Below are positions 19,289 through 29,460 of a stretch of 64,000 nt of DNA, piece after piece. Below the pieces are notes generated by a model that was not told the origin of the DNA, did no database searches, and worked only from the letters and a program-made list of their open reading frames with translations. The stretch covers positions 1,888,001-1,952,000 of the forward strand of contig OZ242311.1 of assembly GCA_965207885.1 (NCBI GenBank), written 5' to 3'. This stretch comes from Candidatus Latescibacterota bacterium. GTDB lineage: Bacteria > Latescibacterota > UBA2968. Position 1 is the first letter of the stretch. Every line of letters begins with the position of its first letter. Made by a program: the position numbers and the translations under genes.

Positions 19289-20101
19289 ATGGCAGATAAT
19301 ATACCAATCGAACACCGGTTCCATTTTGACTTGAGCGGCTTTCTGATCCTTCGCAATATATTGACACCCGAAGAATGTGAAGCCACTCTGAATGTCCTAT
19401 CTGATTTAGAAAGCAGGATATACAAAGATGAATGGATGGCATCTGCACCCACTTTTGGCAGACCAAAACCACTACCAACCTGTGATAAGAGTCGAGAGTT
19501 TCAGGTCCGTTTGAATGGTCTCTTACGGCTTGATCCCGTTTTTGATCTGATGATCGCACATCCGAAAGTCGTACCTTATCTGAAGGCATTTATGGGTGAA
19601 CCACAACTCATCAACACCTGGTCGATTTCTAAATTCAAGGGAGCGCAACAGGGAGGGTGGCATCGCGGCGTGCCAACGACGGATTACAGTTATCGAAACG
19701 GCGATATTCGCTCTCGGATGCTCAATACCGTGTATTTTTTAACAGATAATGGACCCGACGACGGATGCGTGGTGGCTGTACCGGGTTCACACAAAAGCAA
19801 TTTTGATTTGAGCTGGCAGGCGTATCAGGGACTGGATCTTCCGGGTGCCGTCGCAGTAACGGGCAAGGCAGGCGATGTCTTACTCTTTTCCGAGACCGTC
19901 ATCCACAATGGACTGCCCAAGACCACAGAGCCAGTGCGATCCAATCTGTATTTCAACTACACACACGCACACTATAATGTGATGATGCGCGAGCCGCCAA
20001 ATGGATACCACAGATGTCTTCCGCCAAAGATCCGCGAACGGTTTAATGAAGCACAAAAAGAGATGACGCAGTGGATGGAATTGGCAAGATGGGATATGTA
20101 G
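19289..20101 (+). CDS. Phytanoyl-CoA dioxygenase (PhyH) family
   Basis: WHRG, VPGSHK, AGDVLLF...IHNG. Confidence 0.85.
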   Translation: MADNIPIEHRFHFDLSGFLILRNILTPEECEATLNVLSDLESRIYKDEWMASAPTFGRPKPLPTCDKSREFQVRLNGLLRLDPVFDLMIAHPKVVPYLKAFMGEPQLINTWSISKFKGAQQGGWHRGVPTTDYSYRNGDIRSRMLNTVYFLTDNGPDDGCVVAVPGSHKSNFDLSWQAYQGLDLPGAVAVTGKAGDVLLFSETVIHNGLPKTTEPVRSNLYFNYTHAHYNVMMREPPNGYHRCLPPKIRERFNEAQKEMTQWMELARWDM

Positions 20102-20155
20102 CACTGCGTTGGATAACGCTGCATCATTGAGAGCCAAATGAGCGCGCGAGGAAGA

Positions 20156-20929
20156 TCAGTTCATTTCGAGAATGCCCAATCGATCTTCACGCAAATGATT
20201 TCTCAACTCGCGATAATATCGTTCGCGAACTTCTATGCTTTTCATGTTAGCATCAATGGTATATCCTGCGGGCTTAAACACAATAAACATCACCTTCCGA
20301 GGAAGCGTGTCAATATTGATAGATGCGCCGTGGACCAGGGCCGTCGTGCAAACCGTCATCTGTCCCGCCTTTGCAAGCAAAGGAACCGGATCTGCAAAAG
20401 GCAACTCGGGAAGTTCTCGAAATGGGACTGGATTCTGAATATAAGTCCCATGCTTTTCCACATCCTCTGCAATCAAACGGTGGCTGCCGGGTCGGTACAT
20501 GAGAGGTGCCCGTTTTTCCGTCACATCGCTCAACCAGAGCAGACAACTGCAAAGCATCTGTTTGGGTGTGGCATCCAGGTCTGACAGGCTATATTTAATA
20601 TCCACATGTTCGGAAAAACTGAATATTGCGCCGGGCTGTGGATAGGAAGTGACAACAAACGCATTAAAAAAATGCACGGCATCGGCCCCCAACGTCTTTT
20701 TCGCCACAGCTTCCAAAAACGGATCCTGGATCAGATCCAGCAATTCAGACTCGATAAAATACCGTTGCCCCACACGATACTGGGGAGGTTTCCCATCTTC
20801 CGGGCCTTCAAACGGCAGCATCCGATCAAAAACCCTCGAAATGCGATCCAGCCGCGCTTTACTAAAAGGCGTATCGATAGTTACCGCCCCGACCTCTTCA
20901 AATTGTGCAATTTCAGATTCGCCAATCAC
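20156..20929 (-). CDS. PhyH family dioxygenase
   Basis: EHVD, RPGSHR, AGQ...LVHG; GTG start after GGAGG. Confidence 0.8.
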   Translation of the reverse strand: MIGESEIAQFEEVGAVTIDTPFSKARLDRISRVFDRMLPFEGPEDGKPPQYRVGQRYFIESELLDLIQDPFLEAVAKKTLGADAVHFFNAFVVTSYPQPGAIFSFSEHVDIKYSLSDLDATPKQMLCSCLLWLSDVTEKRAPLMYRPGSHRLIAEDVEKHGTYIQNPVPFRELPELPFADPVPLLAKAGQMTVCTTALVHGASINIDTLPRKVMFIVFKPAGYTIDANMKSIEVRERYYRELRNHLREDRLGILEMN

Positions 20930-20949
20930 AGCATACCTCCTATATCCTT

Positions 20950-22179
20950 CTAAGCACCCAGCCACGCATCCTCAAACACCCGACATCCGACGCCCTCCTG
21001 CCCCATGGAACTGCAGGCATAGAGTGTGATGTACTGAGATTCATTGAGAGGACCAACGGTACTGTAAGAGAAAGTCTCTGGCTCAATGACCTTATGGTGC
21101 CATGTCTGACCTTCGTCGTCACTAAAATAGATCGCACCGCGCTGGCGCTCTGTGGCGTGCTGCCGCTCGGATTCGGGCAGACCGGAGCCATTGGGAATAG
21201 AAAAGAGCAGACGCCTCCCGCCCCGGGCAAGTGTGCCGTGGCAGAGCACCCCACTGATATCGACGAGAAAGGGCCGGGACCACGTCTTGCCACAATCCGT
21301 CGATGTATGGGCAATGCGCTGCACAGGACCGGGACGCACATCCGAGAATGGAACGTGGGCTTCAAGCATACCGCGCGAATTCAGCCTGCGAACGAGCAAC
21401 AATTCCTCACCGCGGTTAATCGACACAGCAGAGGCTTCGTTGGCAAGATAATCCGTGATAAAGCCATCCACGCGCCAGGTCTCACCCTGATCATCGCTAT
21501 AAATAACGGCAGAACCAGACTGAGGATGGTTGCGAAAATAATTGGTAACGGCCTCTCCTTCGGGCACCACAGTAACAGGTCCCCCCAGAACGTACCGCCC
21601 CCGATACGGGCCTTCAGAAATCGCGTGAACCTGCCCCACCGCATTGAACATAATCAGCGTACCATCGGAATACCGGTGATTCAGAGGCGACCGGTCCCCG
21701 AGCAACGTCTCCATAGTCCAGGTATCGCCATCGTCATCCGAATCAAACCGGCAAAGAACCATGGGCGTATCGCGCCCCACGGCATCGATATCGATACCGG
21801 ACTGCTCCTGCATCTCGCCGTAATCCTTGTCGTAAATATTCTCCGTACCCCGCAAATCAACCATAGACAGAACGGACACGCGCTCACGTCCATCTCGATC
21901 AGAGAGATACGCAGACACCGCGTAGTGGGTGATCCGACCCGAAACGGCCCTCGCTGGCGACCACGTCGCGCCCCAATCGCTACTTTTGCTCGTCAGAATC
22001 ACCTTCGGATCGTCGTCGCGGCCGCCGCGCAACCTGCCCTGACAAAAGGCGATCAACACGCCATCGCGCGTGACGACATACGACGGCTGAAACGTGCGAC
22101 ACACCACCTCACCGTGCACCTCAAAACCAGGCTCAAAAGCCAGCGTCCGTTCACTCAATCCATTTTCAAGTTGCCTCAT
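20950..22179 (-). CDS. Sialidase-like (GH33/BNR) protein
   Basis: Five Asp-boxes: SSDWGATW, SDDDGDTW, SDDQGETW, STDCGKTW, SDDEGQTW. Confidence 0.85.
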   Translation of the reverse strand: MRQLENGLSERTLAFEPGFEVHGEVVCRTFQPSYVVTRDGVLIAFCQGRLRGGRDDDPKVILTSKSSDWGATWSPARAVSGRITHYAVSAYLSDRDGRERVSVLSMVDLRGTENIYDKDYGEMQEQSGIDIDAVGRDTPMVLCRFDSDDDGDTWTMETLLGDRSPLNHRYSDGTLIMFNAVGQVHAISEGPYRGRYVLGGPVTVVPEGEAVTNYFRNHPQSGSAVIYSDDQGETWRVDGFITDYLANEASAVSINRGEELLLVRRLNSRGMLEAHVPFSDVRPGPVQRIAHTSTDCGKTWSRPFLVDISGVLCHGTLARGGRRLLFSIPNGSGLPESERQHATERQRGAIYFSDDEGQTWHHKVIEPETFSYSTVGPLNESQYITLYACSSMGQEGVGCRVFEDAWLGA

Positions 22180-22209
22180 ACGGGCCTCCCATAAAAAATA
22201 GCCACCGGA

Positions 22210-24411
22210 TCACGCGATCCCCGCAAGCCAGTTCACAATAGAAGCGACCTCTTCCCCTTCGGACGCCTGTGTTTCGATCAAAAAACCCTTCTCCGCTTTC
22301 AGATTGGCATAGGTCTCAGAAGCCAGTGCGTAGTCGGCCTCAATTTTTGCGCTCTCGCAAACGTCAAGCCGTTCATCTACCGCATTGACAAGGGCCACGG
22401 GACGCGGTGCCAGAGCAGCGGATAGATGGGGCAAATCGTAGGCCGTCGTCACATTCGGCACCATATCGTAGAACCGGACGTGATAAACAGAACCTCGAAC
22501 CACATCCATATAAGAGGAAAGCCCGCGCCAGGTGCAGACAGCTATAACAGTATCGCTCAGAACCGCTGCGTGTAATGCCTGAATGCCACAGCCCCCCCGA
22601 CCTATGAGCACAACTTCCCGGCTGAGTCCGAGATGGGGCAGGGCGCGAATAGTCTGAAGCAAATCGAAAATACGCATCCCAATAAGCGTATGCCCGGTGT
22701 GTCTGGCACCGTACCCATATCCCATGCTCTCCACGCCCAGAAGCTGTGCGACAAAGCCGCCCCGCCGGTCCCGGTTGCTCCAATTCGTCGTCTGCGTCTC
22801 GCCATAACCCCGCAAATCTACCGCAACAGTCGGATGCCCTGCCTCGACCAGCAGATGGAACAGCCCACCTTCGCTGCAATTTGCAACCTTACCCCGATCA
22901 TCGGCCAGAATCACCGGCAACCGTTCTGGCACTGAGATCAGGCTCTGTCCAATGAGCATCGGCAGAAAAACCTCGGCTTCGCTCTCGATAATAGCCTGTC
23001 GGATCTGCATATTGCCGTGCATCTCAGACGCGACAACCTCGATGGACACATCCCCGTCGGGTCGTTTTATTCCCGTGCGATTCAGGACACACTCGACAAG
23101 CGTATCGCGAAACGCGCTCGCCTCGGCCACACTTTGCGCCGCCCGTTGCTTTGGCAGGGTCTCCTCTGCGCGACGAACGCAGAGATCAGTGACCCGATCC
23201 GAGTAATAACTCGTGAGGACCTGACCAGTTGGCGACACCTGAAGATCTTCATCGGAGAAAATTTCCAATTCGGGTTCACGCCAGTCCGCCTGGGGATCTC
23301 CCAGCCAGCGATTCATCCATTCCATCATCGGTTCCCGCATCTCCCGAAAATAGCCATGTTCCCGGATCGTCTCCACAAAATCCATCTTCTCGCCCTGACC
23401 AAGGGTCTCATAGACCCACCTAACTTTGTGAAAAGACATGCGCGTGTTCACAAAAACACCATCGCGCGTCTCTTTAATCAACCGATACGGCCGCGGATAC
23501 GCCAAACACATCATCGCCGCATGAGACAGGCCAGTGAGCATATCATTCGGCATGTTCTGCTCGGAATCGCCCCCGCCCCAGGTACCCACCGTCCCGACCG
23601 GAACCGCGACCTTGATGCGGGGTTCCAAAGGCGTGTACCAAAGCGTCACCGTGCCACCCCCCGAATTTCCGGTAATCCCGAGCCGCTCCGCATCGACCTC
23701 GGCGCGGCTTTCCAGATAATCCAGCATCCGGATCGCATCCCAGATACGGATAGCCATCAAATGGAGCCCGGTCAGAAGACAGATATTGCCGCATTTCATA
23801 TGTTCGGATGTGGGAGCCAGAGAAAGAGATGCCCCGGTTTTAGGATCTTCGAGATACTGGAGACGCTCACCTTGCCCAACCGGATCAAAACACAGAGCCA
23901 CATAGCCCCTCAAAGCCAGAAACTGCGCGGCACTCTGGTAAGTCTCCACAGCCTTGCCATTGGCCGTATGACCACAGGGAATCAGCACACCGGGCATTGG
24001 CGTCGGGCGATTTTTGGGCACAAACAGATTCGCAGTCACATAAAAATTGGGGCGGCTCTGACAGACGATTTTCTCAATCCTGAACTTCTCCCGTTCGATT
24101 ATACCCGTAATCTCCGGATTCAGCGGCGTTTTCTCTTCGGGCATAGGTCCCAGCGTCTCGCGATACGCTTTGAGCAACCGGGCGCGGAAGACTTCAAAAT
24201 CCTCCACAGTCTTGATCCCGGCCAGATCCACATCGTGCTGCCAGCCGTATTTGCTCTGAATGCGATCCAGATACTTATCGATCATAATGCCGGCATCGCA
24301 GTATTCCGGCATGCCGCTCAGGACACTGACGGCGAGATGATCCAGCGTGGGTTTCTCTGAAGCAGAATAGTCTTTTGAAGCCATTTTCATTCTCTGGTTT
24401 TTAGTGTCCAT
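22210..24411 (-). CDS. Acetylxylan esterase-like double alpha/beta-hydrolase
   Basis: PCGH, DPVGQGER, GNSGGG; second domain DLRGYGE lacks the nucleophile Ser (GRGGCG). Confidence 0.8.
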   Translation of the reverse strand: MDTKNQRMKMASKDYSASEKPTLDHLAVSVLSGMPEYCDAGIMIDKYLDRIQSKYGWQHDVDLAGIKTVEDFEVFRARLLKAYRETLGPMPEEKTPLNPEITGIIEREKFRIEKIVCQSRPNFYVTANLFVPKNRPTPMPGVLIPCGHTANGKAVETYQSAAQFLALRGYVALCFDPVGQGERLQYLEDPKTGASLSLAPTSEHMKCGNICLLTGLHLMAIRIWDAIRMLDYLESRAEVDAERLGITGNSGGGTVTLWYTPLEPRIKVAVPVGTVGTWGGGDSEQNMPNDMLTGLSHAAMMCLAYPRPYRLIKETRDGVFVNTRMSFHKVRWVYETLGQGEKMDFVETIREHGYFREMREPMMEWMNRWLGDPQADWREPELEIFSDEDLQVSPTGQVLTSYYSDRVTDLCVRRAEETLPKQRAAQSVAEASAFRDTLVECVLNRTGIKRPDGDVSIEVVASEMHGNMQIRQAIIESEAEVFLPMLIGQSLISVPERLPVILADDRGKVANCSEGGLFHLLVEAGHPTVAVDLRGYGETQTTNWSNRDRRGGFVAQLLGVESMGYGYGARHTGHTLIGMRIFDLLQTIRALPHLGLSREVVLIGRGGCGIQALHAAVLSDTVIAVCTWRGLSSYMDVVRGSVYHVRFYDMVPNVTTAYDLPHLSAALAPRPVALVNAVDERLDVCESAKIEADYALASETYANLKAEKGFLIETQASEGEEVASIVNWLAGIA

Positions 24412-24427
24412 CTCGACCTCATTGCAT

Positions 24428-25450
24428 TCAAACCGTGAAGAGGTATAGATCGTCGGTCGCCTGAGCACCGGCGAAAAAGACGGGCAGACCGTCACAGATC
24501 AAATCGGTCTTGCACACATCGTGGATCGTCGGGGCCCTGGGATATCCATCGCCAAAATCTCCGTAGGGAAACGCAAGCCTGTCGGTTTCGTGCAAAAGGT
24601 CGCCATCGATGTCAAAGCGGCGCACAATATTCCCGGATCCGACGATCAAGCACTCACGGTCCCGGTCGAGATAAAGTCCCGTGCAGGTCGCAGAACCAGT
24701 ACAGGGGTAATTGCCCAGGAACTCCGGGGCATCAGGATGCTCCACATTGAGAACTGTGACCGATGGATCCAGCAACCATTCCTTCCTGGGATCCTGGATC
24801 CTTGAAATACCAGTTGCTACATAGGCGCGCTTCCGGTACAGGATAATGCGGTTCGAAATGTTCATATACCACCTCGAAGGCTCACCTCCGTTGGCAAGCG
24901 TCCAGCCGCCTGGATCGGTGAAGCGTCCATCCTCAGCGTCCGGAAAAAGGCCAAGAGAGGTTTCTACCTTGCCATCTCCTCTGAATCCCGTCACGCCAAC
25001 CAGGGATCCTTCATGGCTTGCCCCATGGCAGCGGGCGAGCACATCTTCGCGCACGCCGATATCAGTCAGCTGGCCATCGTCCTCAACGCGTACAACTTTG
25101 ATGACGTTTCGCTTGCTGACGGCGAGCACCGTGTCGGCAGCCACTTCGAAATCGTTGACTTCTGGGGCAAATGCGCTGCAGTCGATGGGGACGAGATCCG
25201 CCTTCGAGAAGTGCATGCTTTCGATTCCGCGATCACTTCCCACCATCAGATATCCGTTGCAGAAGGCGACTGACTGGCAATCGGGGCGGTCCGGTAAGTC
25301 CGCAACCAGTTCAGGGCGTTCGATGTCACTCACATTCCAGAACGTGATGCGATTGCCGTATTTTGACGGTGCGGCCACCAAACCGTCTCCGAGATACGCC
25401 GCCGCATGCGGCCCACACCCCGGGTACCGCCAGTAGTTTTGTATGCGCAT
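24428..25450 (-). CDS. Hypothetical beta-propeller (LVIVD-like)
   Basis: WNVSDIERPELV, LNVEHPDAPEFLG. Confidence 0.5.
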   Translation of the reverse strand: MRIQNYWRYPGCGPHAAAYLGDGLVAAPSKYGNRITFWNVSDIERPELVADLPDRPDCQSVAFCNGYLMVGSDRGIESMHFSKADLVPIDCSAFAPEVNDFEVAADTVLAVSKRNVIKVVRVEDDGQLTDIGVREDVLARCHGASHEGSLVGVTGFRGDGKVETSLGLFPDAEDGRFTDPGGWTLANGGEPSRWYMNISNRIILYRKRAYVATGISRIQDPRKEWLLDPSVTVLNVEHPDAPEFLGNYPCTGSATCTGLYLDRDRECLIVGSGNIVRRFDIDGDLLHETDRLAFPYGDFGDGYPRAPTIHDVCKTDLICDGLPVFFAGAQATDDLYLFTV

Positions 25451-25534
25451 AGAACCCCCAGTAAAGCGCGATCGTCTCATCCAAACCTGCCACAGAAAAA
25501 GCGATCACAGTGAACGCGAAAGAAGACGCCAGCA

Positions 25535-27091
25535 TCAACGCGGCAAGTCTCTGAAGCCCGACGCCCCGGGTGCGCCGCCACCCAGATATCCCCCACTGGA
25601 CCCCAACCGGTCAGAGGTGACCCAGAAAGCGTAAAGACTGCCATTGCTAAGGCGAAACTGGAAACGCACCTCCCGGTTCGAAATCGCCGACAGATCAGTC
25701 GCTCTTCCCCAGGACACCGCCTGGCAGGTGCCATCCTCCCGAAGGGGCGTGCAGTTCTCGAAAGTGAATGGCGCGATGATTTTTCCACTTTTGTCCAGAA
25801 CCTGCACCCGGAGTTCTCCGACATCCACAACGGCATTTACAAACAGGAATTTGCCGTCAAACCGCACCGGCCTTGTCGTGAGTTCCCCAGTATCACTGTC
25901 CGCTTCCATAGCGGCAAATCCATCTCGCCGCATCATCGCCAGACCCATAGACATCGTTTCCAGCCGCGTCTCACCCTCTCCGTAGTTTCGCCCACTTACG
26001 TAAAAATAGAGCTGATCTCCCACAACGAGACAACAACCACCCGCCGACTGCACATTTCCCCAGTTCCAATTTGTTTTTCCATCTGAAATGCCCATCATCG
26101 CCTCGCGGCAGGGGCGATCCCAATGGAACCCATCCCGGCTGAATCCAAACAGCACCTCATTGATTTTGGGGCGATCCGCAGGCTGGTAACGCCAGATGCT
26201 GAACAGACCGAGCATAATGCTCTCATAGGCCACCGCATCCAGATTGTACAATTCGGGCTGAATATCGGGTGCCAACTCGTGGTGCCCGTCCAACCGGTCC
26301 GCACCGATCCACCAGGTAGGCTCCCCATTGCGCCAGGCCGCCCCCGCAACAAAATCGGAATGCTCCCGGTATCTGCGCGACCTTCTCAGAGGATTCTCCG
26401 GATACGAGGACCGGCCAGACCCCCTGATATGGTCCCGAATGCTGTAAACCCACACCTTTCGGAACGGATTGTAAAACATCGTACTGCGATCACCAGTTGT
26501 TCCAGTCCATGCTTTGAAGTCCCATTTCAGCCCATCCGGGGACAGGTAAACAGAAGCTCGCCACGGATCCCGGTGGAAAACGAACATCTTGTAGCGGGCA
26601 TCCGCACCCTCACAGTCCGGATCGGGCCAGACCGTAGATGAATCGCGGCTACCAGACAGACAAATGATATTCGTCCCCGGCATAAAATCCAGTTCCGGGC
26701 GCTCCCAGTGCATCCCATCCTCGGAAATGGCGATGCACGTCGTATTTCCCGCCCTGTACCACATCCGAAATATCTCCTCCTCGGCATCGTAGAAAATACC
26801 ATCGCTGAAAGCCATAGCAGTGGGACGACGAGAGGTAAATTCCCATCGCTTCTCGGGTTTGAGAATCGGATTTCCCGCCCAGTATTGCGGCCGGTGGAAA
26901 GTGCGCCGAAGCGTTGTGTTCTCGATCAGGAAGTCGTCGATGAATAACTGCCGTCCCAGGTCAATCGGTATCACCTCGGGAGGATTTTCCAGATAGGGCA
27001 CACGCATAGGTTCGAAAGCGAGAAGATCCTCTCGCGTGCGCCTCGGCGGCCAATCTTCAGAAAGCACAATACCATTATAGAGCGAACGCAT
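25535..27091 (-). CDS. GH32-like beta-propeller + beta-sandwich protein
   Basis: SEDGMHW, SPDGLKW, SRDGFHW, RRDGF. Confidence 0.7.
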   Translation of the reverse strand: MRSLYNGIVLSEDWPPRRTREDLLAFEPMRVPYLENPPEVIPIDLGRQLFIDDFLIENTTLRRTFHRPQYWAGNPILKPEKRWEFTSRRPTAMAFSDGIFYDAEEEIFRMWYRAGNTTCIAISEDGMHWERPELDFMPGTNIICLSGSRDSSTVWPDPDCEGADARYKMFVFHRDPWRASVYLSPDGLKWDFKAWTGTTGDRSTMFYNPFRKVWVYSIRDHIRGSGRSSYPENPLRRSRRYREHSDFVAGAAWRNGEPTWWIGADRLDGHHELAPDIQPELYNLDAVAYESIMLGLFSIWRYQPADRPKINEVLFGFSRDGFHWDRPCREAMMGISDGKTNWNWGNVQSAGGCCLVVGDQLYFYVSGRNYGEGETRLETMSMGLAMMRRDGFAAMEADSDTGELTTRPVRFDGKFLFVNAVVDVGELRVQVLDKSGKIIAPFTFENCTPLREDGTCQAVSWGRATDLSAISNREVRFQFRLSNGSLYAFWVTSDRLGSSGGYLGGGAPGASGFRDLPR

Positions 27092-27139
27092 AAAGCGGTC
27101 TCCTTTTGTAGTTGCGACGCAGGGAAAACCCAACCGATC

Positions 27140-27895
27140 CTATTGCCAGTGGCTCAAATCTCTTCCCGTGATCTCCTGCAACGCCTCAATATCCTCCTGA
27201 AAAATTTTTCGCAGTGAGTCCCGCACCTCTTCTGAGATACCCTCAGCAATAATCTGATCTTCCGGCTGCGGTGCCTCCGGCGTGGGATAGTGCGTCACCT
27301 TATTCACCCGCTGATGCAAAATGGACGGCTGGAAATCCGAATCCACTTCCAGATACTCGAAAAGCCCACGCAAAAAGCCCGCTGGATCTGCTACGAGGTC
27401 CTCATAGAACATAATTCGCAGCCGTTCGCGCGAGGCGTATTGGAACAGACGCTTGAAATGCAGACTGTAGAGACTCGGCATCACCCACAGCCCAAACAAA
27501 CCATGTCCATGAGGATCCAGCACCCGCTCGAACTCCATCCGCTGGTCCGGCTGAAACCGGCGCTTATTCATATGTACCCAGCTCAAAAACGCGCGATCAA
27601 TCGGGTTGCGCACCGTTGCGGTCAACTTCACGCCGGGAAGATCCCGGACAATCCGCGCAATTGCAGGCTCGAATACCATATAGGAATTGCTCATCTCTCC
27701 CACTGCCTTCTCCCCGCACCAATCGTCGAAATAGGCCTCCTGATACCAATCCAGACCTTTGTGGTAATCAGCCACAAAAAAGTTCACATTATCCAGATGT
27801 AATGGCACATAGACATCTGGATGCTCTTGATAGACTCTCCACAACCACGACGAAGCGCACTTGGCAGCACCGACATGTATGAAATTGGGCAACAT
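27140..27895 (-). CDS. PAPS-dependent sulfotransferase
   Basis: PNFIHVGAAKCASSW (5'PSB), RNPIDRAFLSW (3'PB), YEDL. Confidence 0.88.
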   Translation of the reverse strand: MLPNFIHVGAAKCASSWLWRVYQEHPDVYVPLHLDNVNFFVADYHKGLDWYQEAYFDDWCGEKAVGEMSNSYMVFEPAIARIVRDLPGVKLTATVRNPIDRAFLSWVHMNKRRFQPDQRMEFERVLDPHGHGLFGLWVMPSLYSLHFKRLFQYASRERLRIMFYEDLVADPAGFLRGLFEYLEVDSDFQPSILHQRVNKVTHYPTPEAPQPEDQIIAEGISEEVRDSLRKIFQEDIEALQEITGRDLSHWQ

Positions 27896-27948
27896 ATTCT
27901 CCTCCCTGTATTTCAACTGCACACACGCACATTATAACCTGAATAATC

Positions 27949-29448
27949 TTATCCAGATCCTCCATCGCGAAACCGCAGCGAATAGAGACCCACATTCTTG
28001 AGGTAGAAGCGGAGGAACACAGGCATGCCCACGAGTTCGGCCATATCCTGCTTGTTTTTCCACGTCACTTTGTGCTCGACAAGGTCAACAGCCTGTGTGG
28101 TGCAGTCGGCAAGAGTGAACCCGGGCACGGGACTCGGGGCACTGCTCTCACCGAAACGCAGCACTTCGACAGCGAATTCGGGCGGAACAATCGCCGTGGT
28201 CGGATCGCTGTTATAACCGTCGGCCACGGTCGTATTGACGATCAGTTCCGGTGCAGCAACAACCATTTCGCGGGTAAGCAGAAAGCCTCCCGTGTGCGCA
28301 CCCATCTGCGCGACGAATCGATCCTGGAGGAATTGCGCCCGGCCGATGCCCGAGACATTGTTCCTGTTGCCCTGTGCTTGGCCGTGGCGGGATCCGCGAT
28401 AGTAGATAAAATCCGTATTTCCCATGCGCACAATGCCTCCGGCCCCCGAGGTAGAACCCGAGTCAAAGGCGTCGGATCCGCCATGGGGAAGATATACAGA
28501 CCGGTCGGGCAGCATATTCCAGTGCAGGCCATCGCTGCTAAACGCCAGATGCAGATGGAAGGCCATGTGCGGCGGAGGCCCCATCATTCCGACAAAACCG
28601 ATAAAATGGCTGCCTACCCGAGAAACCACCATGTGGTCGATATCCGGATCATCTACTTCTTCCGGCCACATCACCACCCGGGGCTGGCCAAAATCATACG
28701 GCGTCTCCCCGACCATCACCGCTGTCCGGCGCTTGAAGTTGTGTTCCGTCGGTCCACCCGGCACATCCCCAACGCCAGCGGTACACACGGGCCGCCCGAA
28801 CATCAGCCAGCGCTCCCGAACAGGGTCGAACACCATGTTTTGCCATGTATCCCGCAGACCGATGAAAGCCGGGTTCGACGGGTCCTCCCGCCAGTGAATC
28901 CCATCATCCGAATAAGCCAGACACAGACATCCATAGCCCTCGGCCAGATTGTCCTTGTAAGTCATCAGAAAACGGCTCTGCTGCACGCCACCGAGGGGGT
29001 TCCACATCACGCGCACCCCCTGGGCCTTTTGCTGTCCCGTAACCACCACATTGGTCCTCTCATATTGTCCGTACGGCTTGCCCTCCAGCATCGGCTTGTC
29101 CCAGTGCACCCCGTCCAGGCTCTCGGCATAGCAGACAAAATAGGGATACCCATCCCGCTCCGCCTGCCAGTCTTTGAAGCGGAACTGGTGCATCCACGCG
29201 TTCCAATCGGTCCCGGCGTACCACATGCGGAACACGCCAGCTTCGTCGTCGTAAATCACATTTTGCTGACCCACCGAATCTTCCCACGGCCTGTCGGGCA
29301 TGAGCACGGGGTTGTGCGGATCCTTAATCGGCACATTCAGCACACGACTTACCCCCCAGAGGTCTTCCACCGTGGCATTGTCGATCAGCAATACGGTTTC
29401 CGTACCAACCTCAAGTGGCTCTCCTGCGCAGTAGGATTCCAGATTCAT
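27949..29448 (-). CDS. GH32-like beta-propeller protein (paralog of 25535-27091)
   Basis: SLDGVHW, SDDGIHW, SSDGLHW. Confidence 0.7.
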   Translation of the reverse strand: MNLESYCAGEPLEVGTETVLLIDNATVEDLWGVSRVLNVPIKDPHNPVLMPDRPWEDSVGQQNVIYDDEAGVFRMWYAGTDWNAWMHQFRFKDWQAERDGYPYFVCYAESLDGVHWDKPMLEGKPYGQYERTNVVVTGQQKAQGVRVMWNPLGGVQQSRFLMTYKDNLAEGYGCLCLAYSDDGIHWREDPSNPAFIGLRDTWQNMVFDPVRERWLMFGRPVCTAGVGDVPGGPTEHNFKRRTAVMVGETPYDFGQPRVVMWPEEVDDPDIDHMVVSRVGSHFIGFVGMMGPPPHMAFHLHLAFSSDGLHWNMLPDRSVYLPHGGSDAFDSGSTSGAGGIVRMGNTDFIYYRGSRHGQAQGNRNNVSGIGRAQFLQDRFVAQMGAHTGGFLLTREMVVAAPELIVNTTVADGYNSDPTTAIVPPEFAVEVLRFGESSAPSPVPGFTLADCTTQAVDLVEHKVTWKNKQDMAELVGMPVFLRFYLKNVGLYSLRFRDGGSG

Positions 29449-29460
29449 GTCACAACTCCT

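Noticed and set aside
14156-20160. Integrase-type genomic island or integron at tRNA-Val
   Set aside because: No integrase, duplicated tRNA 3' end or attC structure found by eye
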